From Verrucomicrobiota bacterium (GTDB lineage: Bacteria; Verrucomicrobiota; Verrucomicrobiia; Limisphaerales; UBA11358), in NCBI GenBank assembly GCA_021324235.1, contig JAJPJM010000050.1:1-61308 (forward strand): a DNA stretch of 61,308 nucleotides, written 5' to 3'. Position numbers and translations under genes: made by a program. Shown here in pieces: positions 17,871 through 25,652 of this stretch. The notes beneath the pieces are model-generated. The model searched no databases, had not been told where the DNA came from, and saw only the letters and a program-made list of their open reading frames with translations. The stretch's first letter is position 1; each line of letters opens with the position of its first letter.

Positions 17871-18806
17871 ATGGCCTGGATCAAGAGAAATTTGCTTTTT
17901 GTCGTCGGCGCGGTGATTGCCATCGGATTGCTGGCCGCCGCCGGCTTCTACGATTTTAAAAATTGGCAGCGCAACAACGCGGCGTTGGACGCGTTGAATC
18001 AGGCCTACGTCAAACTACAGGGCCTCTACAGTCAAAACCCATCGCCCGGCAACGATACCATCGACAACACCAAAACCGCCGGCGAACAAGAACGACAACT
18101 GCGCCAATGGATCCAGGAAACGGAGCAATACTTTCAGCCGATTTCCCCCATACCTGACCCCGCCAAAGGGGCGATCACGGATGCCAGATTTGCCGGCGCG
18201 CGCGACCATACCCTGAATCAGTTGCAGTTGGAAGCCGCCAGCGCCAGTGTCACCGTGCCGCCTCAGTACGAGTTCTCCTTTGAAGCGGAACGGACGCTGG
18301 TGAAATTTTCGCCGGGCGGTCTGGATGCGCTGGCCCAGCAGCTCGGTGAGGTGAAGGTGATATCTGAAATTCTTTATGCCGCCAAAATCAATTCCCTGGA
18401 TGGCGTCCGCCGTGTGCGGGTGTCGAACGATGATGCCAGCGGGCCACAGTCGGATTATCTCGATCAGACGATCACGACCAATGATCTCGCCGTCTTTACA
18501 CCGTATGAAGTGACTTTCCGCTGTTTCAGCCAGGACCTGGCCGGCGTGCTGTCGAGTTTTGCATCATCGCCGCATGGATTCATTGTGAAAAGCATCAACG
18601 TGCAACCGGCGGCGGGGGTGACGGCGGCGTCACCGGCGGGTGCCCCCGGAGGAGAAATGGGTGGATTCGCGCCACCGCCGTCTTTTGCCCAACCGGCCGC
18701 GCCGGTTGCGCCCATGGGCCGCGGGGGGTTGCAAACGGTGCTCAACGAGCAGCTGCTGAGCATCACCCTGGATGTTGAAATCGTCAAACTGTTGCCGGGA
18801 AATTAA
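17871..18806 (+). CDS. Amuc_1100-family pilus-like protein (tentative)
   Basis: 311 aa; N-terminal TM helix, central helical region, Pro/Ala-rich segment, conserved C-terminal strand LSITLDVEIVKL; size, architecture and position after the PilM-like gene match my recollection of Akkermansia Amuc_1100. Confidence 0.6.
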   Translation: MAWIKRNLLFVVGAVIAIGLLAAAGFYDFKNWQRNNAALDALNQAYVKLQGLYSQNPSPGNDTIDNTKTAGEQERQLRQWIQETEQYFQPISPIPDPAKGAITDARFAGARDHTLNQLQLEAASASVTVPPQYEFSFEAERTLVKFSPGGLDALAQQLGEVKVISEILYAAKINSLDGVRRVRVSNDDASGPQSDYLDQTITTNDLAVFTPYEVTFRCFSQDLAGVLSSFASSPHGFIVKSINVQPAAGVTAASPAGAPGGEMGGFAPPPSFAQPAAPVAPMGRGGLQTVLNEQLLSITLDVEIVKLLPGN

Positions 18807-18809
18807 TCC

Positions 18810-19604
18810 ATGGATTTCCTTAAAAAACATTACGAAAAGATTTTGCTCGGCGTGGTCTTGCTGGGTCTGGTGGGGGCAATGGTTTTTTTGCCCTTCATGA
18901 TTTTGCATGACCGCTCCATACTGGAGGACACCCGCACCCAGATCATTTCCCGTCCCGTCAAGCCGCTCCCGCCGCTGGATTTGACGACCGAGAGCAACGC
19001 CGCCGAACGCCTGCGATTGCCCTACCAGCTTGATTTTGAGACGACCAATAAGCTGTTTAATCCCGTCGAATGGGAAAGGGCTGTGGACGGGACCCTCATC
19101 AAGATCGCCAGCGGCAATGAGGTGGGACCGGGGGCGGTGATGATCGCCCGCATCCTGCCATTGTACTTCACGTTGACATTGGATTCGGTGCAAACCAATG
19201 AATTCGGTGTGCGTTACATCATTGGCGTCGAGCGTCAAGCCGCGCCGGTGGCGTGGCAGCGCGCCAAGCGACAGCATTATGCTTCGGTCGGTGAGAAAAA
19301 CGAAGCCTTTACCATCACGGATGTGCAGGGACCACCGTCTGACCCCACGCAATTGGTTGTGCAATTAACCGATTCGGGCGAGACGGCGACCATATCCAGG
19401 ACCCAGCCGTTTCGCCGCGTGGACGCCTTCATGGCGGATTTAAAATATCGTCCCGAAGGGAAAAGTTGGGATGGCCAGCGCGTGGGCGACGACCTGAAAT
19501 TTGCGGGCAGCGATTACATTATCGTTGCCATCAACCGGAACGAGGTGGTATTATCTGCCGCATCGAACCAGAAAAAAACAACGTTAACTTATAATCCTAA
19601 ATGA
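18810..19604 (+). CDS. Membrane-anchored pilus-locus protein (Amuc_1099-like position; function unknown)
   Basis: 264 aa; N-terminal TM helix; 3-nt gap from the upstream gene; located between the Amuc_1100-like gene and the secretin. Confidence 0.6.
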   Translation: MDFLKKHYEKILLGVVLLGLVGAMVFLPFMILHDRSILEDTRTQIISRPVKPLPPLDLTTESNAAERLRLPYQLDFETTNKLFNPVEWERAVDGTLIKIASGNEVGPGAVMIARILPLYFTLTLDSVQTNEFGVRYIIGVERQAAPVAWQRAKRQHYASVGEKNEAFTITDVQGPPSDPTQLVVQLTDSGETATISRTQPFRRVDAFMADLKYRPEGKSWDGQRVGDDLKFAGSDYIIVAINRNEVVLSAASNQKKTTLTYNPK

Positions 19605-19625
19605 CGCCTGCCCGCAACCATCCCA

Positions 19626-21917
19626 GTGTCCAGCGACGCTGACACCGAAAACCTGAATTCAGCCATGACAAAAGCAGTTTCCGTCCCACTCGGTTTCATT
19701 TTCATATTGGCAGGCGCCTTGATGTTGCCGGCCCAAACCAACAGCCCGGCCGACATGGCCGTCAGTGAAGCCGTGTTGCGGCAGGCCAATACCGTGGTTC
19801 TGCGCCAGAAGCTGGTGCAAGCCCAGGACGCCGCCGCGCACAACGATTTGGGGCTCGCTTCCAAATTGTACGAGGATGCTTACCAGCTCGTACAAAACAT
19901 CGGTTCCGGCATTGACGCCGAGTCCGCCCAGACCATTTCGGGGTTGGTGTCCGTAAGGCTTGAATTGGCGCGGGAGGCGCAGCGTCAGGGTGATTATCGG
20001 GAGGCCGACACGCAGGTTAACCGGGTGCTGAAGGTGGACCCTCAAAATCCCGCCGCGCTGGCGTTCAAGAAACAAAATGACCGATTGATAGCCGCCCTGC
20101 GCGGCAAGGTGCCCGACGATGCGACGCTTCAACAAGTTCCAACCATTGCCGCCGATAAAACGGATGCGAACACACTGGTGCGTGACGGCAAACTGCTTTA
20201 CGAGATGGGAAAATTTGAAGATGCCGAAGCCAAGTTGCAACAGGCGCTGAAACTGGATCCGATGAACGAGGGCGCCTATTATTATATGACCCTGGTCAAA
20301 CAGGCTGTCGATGCCCGTGAAGAGCGGATGCACACGACGGACAATCAAACCCGCATCGTGGAAGTGACCAAGGCATGGGAATCCCCCACGAGAAACAGCG
20401 CACAGTTGCCCGTGCCCAATCCGTACGCTACCAATGACCTCGTTCACACCGGTCCGGGACGTGAGGCCATCATGAGTAAACTCAACCGCATACGGCTCGA
20501 CCAGGTGTTTTATGATGGCTTGCCGTTGAGCGAAGTCGTTCGCAACCTGAGCGAACAAGCCAAGGTGCGCGACCCGGACAAGGTGGGCATCAATTTTTTG
20601 ATTAATCCCAACGCGGATAATTCCGCGTCCGTCACGACTGTCACCCCCACGATTGGTGCGGGCTCTCCGTTCGGCGGCGCCGGTGCGGGCGGTATTCCGG
20701 GTGCTGCCGGTGGTGGTCAGCAGATCGATCCCACAACGGGTTTGCCCATCAACGCGGCACCGACCACCGGTGGGGAATCCGTGGATATCAATTCGGTCAT
20801 TGTCAGGATCAATCCGCCGCTCAGCAATGTGCGCATGGCGGACGCGTTGGATGCGATTGTGGAGGTTGCGGATCACCCCATTGAATATTCCATCAGTGAT
20901 TATGCCGTCGTTTTCTCGGCCAAAGGGCCGCGTTCACCGCAACTTTTTTCACGGACGTTCAAAGTGGATCCCAACACCTTTGTTCAGGGGCTGGAAAGCG
21001 TTGGTTCGCTCGTCTTTGTCAATAATAACAGCAGCGGCTCCAGTGGTTCCGGTGGCAGCTCCGGCGGCGGCGGCAGCAGCAGTGGCGGCGGGAGTGGCCA
21101 AAACAGCAGTGTGGGCCTTCTGGCAATTGTTAATGCCGCGCCGGGCGAATCGGGCAACCGCTCCAGCGGGACTGGCGGTGGCGGTGGTGGCGGCGGTGGC
21201 GGTGGCGCTGGCGGCGCTGGCGGTCAAACCGGCAATGGCGGATTGGATTTCGTGACCACCACAAACAATATGGTGGACGTAAGCACGTCGGCACGGGACT
21301 TCTTCACGACCTTGGGAGTGAATTTATATCCACCGAAAAGCATTTTCTTTAACGACCGGTTGGGATTGCTGTTTGTGCGCGCGACGATGCAGGACTTGGA
21401 CACCATCGAGAGCGCCATTCAGGCGTTGAATCAGGTGGCGCCCCAGGTCCACATCAAGTCGCGATTTGTTCAAGTGGAACAGGACGACAATGCCGGCCTG
21501 GGTTTTGACTGGTACTTGGGACAGTTCAACATCGGCAATTCGGTTTCCGCCCAGGGCGGTAGCGCGCCGTCGCTCAACGTCCCGGGTCCGGGGGGCACGG
21601 CGGTGCCCTTCCCCGGTCCCACCGCCGCCAATCAAATTCCCTCTTCACAGTTCGATCAACAAATAACGGCGGGGCTTAACAACTCGGCTCTCCCCGCCAT
21701 CGGGACCCTCACCGGCATCCTGACCAATCCCAACTTCCGGGTGGTCCTCCATGCCTTGGAACAGCGCCAGGGCGTCGAAGAACTGGCCGAACCGGAGGTG
21801 ACCACCACCAGCGGACGGCAGACCGAGATGCGGGCAACGGAGATCATAACCGTCATCACGGGTTTCAGCTTCCAGCAAGGCACGGCCGCCACGACCACCA
21901 CCGCCGGTACACCGTAA
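19626..21917 (+). CDS. Secretin, N-terminal part (TPR-like region, secretin N-domains, Gly/Ser linkers, first segment of the secretin C-domain)
   Basis: 763 aa (GTG 19626; a more likely ATG at 19665 gives the signal peptide MTKAVSVPLGFIFILAGALMLPAQ); ends NFRVVLHALEQRQGVEELAEPEVTTTSGRQTEMRATEII..., i.e. inside the conserved secretin domain, then TAA 21915-21917. Confidence 0.8.
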   Translation: MSSDADTENLNSAMTKAVSVPLGFIFILAGALMLPAQTNSPADMAVSEAVLRQANTVVLRQKLVQAQDAAAHNDLGLASKLYEDAYQLVQNIGSGIDAESAQTISGLVSVRLELAREAQRQGDYREADTQVNRVLKVDPQNPAALAFKKQNDRLIAALRGKVPDDATLQQVPTIAADKTDANTLVRDGKLLYEMGKFEDAEAKLQQALKLDPMNEGAYYYMTLVKQAVDAREERMHTTDNQTRIVEVTKAWESPTRNSAQLPVPNPYATNDLVHTGPGREAIMSKLNRIRLDQVFYDGLPLSEVVRNLSEQAKVRDPDKVGINFLINPNADNSASVTTVTPTIGAGSPFGGAGAGGIPGAAGGGQQIDPTTGLPINAAPTTGGESVDINSVIVRINPPLSNVRMADALDAIVEVADHPIEYSISDYAVVFSAKGPRSPQLFSRTFKVDPNTFVQGLESVGSLVFVNNNSSGSSGSGGSSGGGGSSSGGGSGQNSSVGLLAIVNAAPGESGNRSSGTGGGGGGGGGGGAGGAGGQTGNGGLDFVTTTNNMVDVSTSARDFFTTLGVNLYPPKSIFFNDRLGLLFVRATMQDLDTIESAIQALNQVAPQVHIKSRFVQVEQDDNAGLGFDWYLGQFNIGNSVSAQGGSAPSLNVPGPGGTAVPFPGPTAANQIPSSQFDQQITAGLNNSALPAIGTLTGILTNPNFRVVLHALEQRQGVEELAEPEVTTTSGRQTEMRATEIITVITGFSFQQGTAATTTTAGTP
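21021..21242 (+). repeat. Coding GGN/AGC triplet-repeat tracts (poly-Gly/Ser linkers) inside the secretin gene
   Basis: Encodes NNNSSGSSGSGGSSGGGGSSSGGGSG and GTGGGGGGGGGGGAGGAGG; long runs of GGC/GGT codons at the DNA level. Confidence 0.85.
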
Positions 21918-21941
21918 GAATATTTTTGAGCAACGAAACAA

Positions 21942-22589
21942 ATGAAAACGCATCGTAAGGATAACATTTTCAAGCTGGCGGTGGGAATCCTCGTCGCCGT
22001 CGGCTTCATTCAACGGGTCAGCGCCCAGAACAACACCTTTGCTCCAGGCGTCTCCGCCATCACGCCGACAACCCAAGCCATTGAGACCGGCCCGATACTG
22101 GATGTGGTGCCGTACGTTTTGTCCGATGGTTATACGATCAACCTGACGCTGATTCCGTCGCTGACTGAATTCGCCGGTTATGCCACGCCGCCCAACGTTG
22201 CCAATGTCACCGGCGGCCTGAACGTGGTGCAATTGCCCGTGATTCTGCCTGATTTTACCGTGCGGCAGGTCATTACCACCGTAAACGTCTGGGATGGCCA
22301 GACCGTGGTGCTTGGTGGATTGATTAATTCCCAGACCCAGACCGAAAAGGACAAAGTGCCGGTCATTGGCGATTTGCCGATTCTCGGCCGCCTTTTTCAA
22401 AGTCAGACCAAGACAGCCGTAAAAAAGAATCTGATGATTTTTGTCACCGCGACAATCGTGGATCCGGCCGGCAACCGTGTTCATTCAGACGATGAGCTGC
22501 CGTTTGCGCAAAGCGCCATTCCGCCACAGCCGCCGGGGGCGGGACACGCGACTGAAACCGACCGAACGGTGACACTGCCTCCGCAGTAA
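21942..22589 (+). CDS. Secretin, C-terminal part with its own signal peptide
   Basis: 215 aa; MKTHRKDNIFKLAVGILVAVGFIQRVSA|QNN, then secretin C-domain blocks GPILDVVPYV, VWDGQTVVLGGL, KVPVIGDLPILGRLF and LMIFVTATIV; same reading frame as 19626-21917. Confidence 0.8.
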   Translation: MKTHRKDNIFKLAVGILVAVGFIQRVSAQNNTFAPGVSAITPTTQAIETGPILDVVPYVLSDGYTINLTLIPSLTEFAGYATPPNVANVTGGLNVVQLPVILPDFTVRQVITTVNVWDGQTVVLGGLINSQTQTEKDKVPVIGDLPILGRLFQSQTKTAVKKNLMIFVTATIVDPAGNRVHSDDELPFAQSAIPPQPPGAGHATETDRTVTLPPQ

Positions 22590-22666
22590 CCATTTTAACC
22601 GCCGTGCCATCTGTTCGTAGAGTGTCATCGAAATGCAAGGGGTGAATGTTCCATCCTGGATGATTT

Positions 22667-23551
22667 ATGGATCGACTGCTGATTGTTGACGGACACGCTT
22701 ACGCGTATCGCGCCTTCCACGCCATACGGAGTTTGCGTTCGCCGGAGGGTCGGCCCACCAATGCGATTTACGGCTTCGTCAAAATGCTGGCAAAAATGCG
22801 CATGGTCCTTGAGCCGACGCATTTGATGGTTGTCTGGGACGGCGGATTGAGCGCGGAGCGCATCGCGGCGCTGCCGGAATACAAGGCCCAGCGTCCGGAG
22901 ATGCCGGACGATTTGAAACCACAGTTCGATGAAATGGCCGATTATTTGAAAGCGGCGGGGGTGGCTTCATTTTGCCGCGAGGGCGTGGAAGCCGACGATT
23001 ACATCGCCTGCCTGGCGCGTCGGGCGGCGGATGCCGGCATGGCGGTGGTCATTGCCAGTTCCGACAAGGATTTCATGCAGTTGGTGTCAAAACGGATTGG
23101 CTTGTTGAATGCCAATGATAAAACCGAAACCATTTGGACGGACGAACAGGTGCGGGCGAAAACGGGCGTGGATCCGTCGCAAATCGTGGATTGGTTGAGC
23201 CTGACCGGTGACACCGTGGATAACATTCCCGGTGTGCCCGGGGTGGGTCCGAAAACCGCGGCTGAATTGCTGAGCCAGTTCGGCTCGGTTCGCGCCCTGT
23301 ATGAACGGCTGGACGAGGTGCGATCGGAAAAACTTCGCGCCAATTTGCGTGCGGCGGAGCAAATCGTGCGGCGCAACCGCGACCTGGTGCGGCTGAGGGA
23401 GGATCTACCGTGCGAATTTTCGCCGGATGAACTGGCGGAAAAGCCGGCGAAAGCCGGCCCGTTGCGCGAACTGTACCGGCGCTGGGGCTTCAAGTCGCTG
23501 CTGGCGGCGCTGGAGGAACCCGCGCGCGAGTGTCAGGCGGTTTTGATTTAG
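22667..23551 (+). CDS. Stand-alone 5'-3' exonuclease (Pol I N-terminal / FEN family)
   Basis: 294 aa; MDRLLIVDGHAYAYRAFHA, EADDYIA, SSDKDFMQL and DNIPGVPGVGPKTA (H3TH) motifs; no polymerase domain. Confidence 0.88.
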   Translation: MDRLLIVDGHAYAYRAFHAIRSLRSPEGRPTNAIYGFVKMLAKMRMVLEPTHLMVVWDGGLSAERIAALPEYKAQRPEMPDDLKPQFDEMADYLKAAGVASFCREGVEADDYIACLARRAADAGMAVVIASSDKDFMQLVSKRIGLLNANDKTETIWTDEQVRAKTGVDPSQIVDWLSLTGDTVDNIPGVPGVGPKTAAELLSQFGSVRALYERLDEVRSEKLRANLRAAEQIVRRNRDLVRLREDLPCEFSPDELAEKPAKAGPLRELYRRWGFKSLLAALEEPARECQAVLI

Positions 23552-23639
23552 AAAAATGAATTTGCCGGATTCGATGCCAGTATGGTTCGCGGCCAATCGC
23601 CCGGCGCGTTTTGGCCAAACTAATTTTGGACAAAATGCG

Positions 23640-25652
23640 ATGAAGCGGGTACACTCGGACAAATCAATTATGTTGCCGTCGTTCGCTCGTAAAATTGTGT
23701 GGTTTGGTATTTTGCTCGCCGGAATTCCCGCTGCGGTTTTCGGGCAGACGAACTATTACGCCACCAATGGAACCGAATACGCCATCGTCGGTTCCCTGCC
23801 GGGCGATCAGGTTCATCCCGACGCCGCGGTGAACACGAATGGCGGTTTTGTGGTCTGGCAGGACAACATCACCGACGGCAGCGGCTGGGGTGTGAGTGCG
23901 ATGCAGTTGAACAGCACGCTTTCCGGTTCCGGCAGTTCTTTCCGGGTCAATGTGCAGGGGACCGCTGATCAGGAAAACCCGCGGGTGGCCTTGTTGCAGG
24001 GCGGCGGCGCAGTGTTCGCCTGGCAGGGCGGCGTGGAAGGATTGAACCAGCATATCTACGCGCGATTTCTTTCCGCCGGTGGCACTTGGTTAACGTCAAC
24101 TGATGTGTTGGTCAGTACCTTCACCAATAATTTTCAACAAAACCCGGCCGTGGCCACCCTTGCCAACGGAAATGTCATCTTCATTTGGGCCAGTTTTGAT
24201 GAGGTGAGTTCCAATAGCATGCAGGATGTCTATGGCCGGATTTTTTCGCCGACCGGTGTGCCGGTTACCGGTGAATTTCTCGTCAACCAATATACTGCCT
24301 ACAATCAGCGCACGCCAACGGTGGCCGCGCTGGCCAACGGCGGATTCGTTGCCGCCTGGGTGTCTGAACAGGAACGAACGACTGCGCCCAATCCCGGAGC
24401 GGGTGTTCTCGTGATCACAAACACCGCCGCGACTCCCAATCCCAGCGTGGACATCTACGCCCGGCTCTATGATGGCAGTGGCAACGCCCAAGGCGGCGAA
24501 TTTCTGGTCAACACGGATTTCAATCCCTGCGCCGATCCCAATGCGGCGGGCGGCTCGGATGGCGGTTTCGTGGTGACTTGGGACGCGCGGGACATGACCA
24601 GCCCGCTGACCAACAGCCTGGACATTTATGCCCGGTCGTTTACCAGCGCTGGCGCTGGCAGCGGCGGCACGGTTCTCCGGGTGAACACTTATCTTTATGG
24701 CGACCAATATGCGCCGCGCATCAGTTCATTGCAGACGGATTATCTGATTGTGTGGACGAGTCTGGCGCAGGACGGTTCGCGTGAGGGCGTTTATGGACAG
24801 TTTCTGCAAGGCACCGGCTCGAAGGTCGGCGGAGAATTCCGCGTCAACACCACGACACTCAATTCGCAAATCCAGCCGGTGGTCGCGTCCGACGGGGCCA
24901 GTCAATTTCTGGCCATCTGGAGCAGTTTCACCGGTCTGCCGTATAGTTTTGATTTGTATGCACAGCGTTATCTCAACTCCCTGCAGCCATTGGAGCCGTT
25001 GCCCGCCCCGTTTGTTTATGTGCCGTTTGTGACCAGTAATGGTGTTTACCAGCCTCAATTGCAGGTGTCCTGGCCGCCGGTGACCGGTCTGTCGATCTCC
25101 AATTATGAAATTTATGTAAATGGCGCGGGCACGCCGACGGTGGTGACCACGAGCAATGTATGGACCATGACGGCGGCAAACGGTTTGACGGTGAACAGCA
25201 GTAATTACTTCCGGGTGGATTATGTAGCGACGGATGGCCGCCGCTCGCCCTTGTCGCCCGCGGCCGGCGGCACGACGTGGAGCGGCGCCAATTATTACGG
25301 CATTCCCTTTGAATGGATGGAACAATACTACGGTTACAATTTTGCCAACTGGCCAACCAATGTGAACGCGCCTTTGGCGCGGGGTGGCTTGAGCCTGCTG
25401 CAGGTATTCTCGAGTGGGGGTAATCCGTTGGATTCCAGCACGTGGCTGCGGACGGCGCTGGCCAATACGCCGCAGGGCCTGTTCCTGAACTGGAACACCC
25501 AGCCGGGATTCACATATCAGGTGCAAATGACGACCAACTTTGGCGTTTGGAACAATGTGGGTGAGCCGCGGTTTGCGGCGGGCACCAGTGATTCCATTTT
25601 TGTCGGCAGCAGTACCGCCGGCTTTTACCGCGTTTTGCTGCTGCACCAGTGA
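23640..25652 (+). CDS. Large exported protein: 7 internal ~55-aa repeats (beta-propeller-like), Fn3-like domain, C-terminal FYRV domain
   Basis: ORF opens at 23556, but the signal peptide (MLPSFARKIVWFGILLAGIPAAVFG) favours ATG 23640 or 23670; repeat pattern F.VN...Q..P.VA.L..GGFVV.W...D.Y(A/G)(R/Q)(F/Y). Confidence 0.75.
   Translation: MKRVHSDKSIMLPSFARKIVWFGILLAGIPAAVFGQTNYYATNGTEYAIVGSLPGDQVHPDAAVNTNGGFVVWQDNITDGSGWGVSAMQLNSTLSGSGSSFRVNVQGTADQENPRVALLQGGGAVFAWQGGVEGLNQHIYARFLSAGGTWLTSTDVLVSTFTNNFQQNPAVATLANGNVIFIWASFDEVSSNSMQDVYGRIFSPTGVPVTGEFLVNQYTAYNQRTPTVAALANGGFVAAWVSEQERTTAPNPGAGVLVITNTAATPNPSVDIYARLYDGSGNAQGGEFLVNTDFNPCADPNAAGGSDGGFVVTWDARDMTSPLTNSLDIYARSFTSAGAGSGGTVLRVNTYLYGDQYAPRISSLQTDYLIVWTSLAQDGSREGVYGQFLQGTGSKVGGEFRVNTTTLNSQIQPVVASDGASQFLAIWSSFTGLPYSFDLYAQRYLNSLQPLEPLPAPFVYVPFVTSNGVYQPQLQVSWPPVTGLSISNYEIYVNGAGTPTVVTTSNVWTMTAANGLTVNSSNYFRVDYVATDGRRSPLSPAAGGTTWSGANYYGIPFEWMEQYYGYNFANWPTNVNAPLARGGLSLLQVFSSGGNPLDSSTWLRTALANTPQGLFLNWNTQPGFTYQVQMTTNFGVWNNVGEPRFAAGTSDSIFVGSSTAGFYRVLLLHQ

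Noticed and set aside
19659-20876. 405-aa ORF on the minus strand
   Set aside because: It is antisense to the secretin N-terminal gene and has no recognisable domain.
21914-21975. AT-rich junction in the secretin considered as an inserted mobile element or intron (it begins GTAAG)
   Set aside because: It is only about 60 nt, with no inverted or direct repeats at its ends and no ribozyme-like structure that I can see. It reads more naturally as an ordinary intergenic spacer plus the start of a signal peptide.
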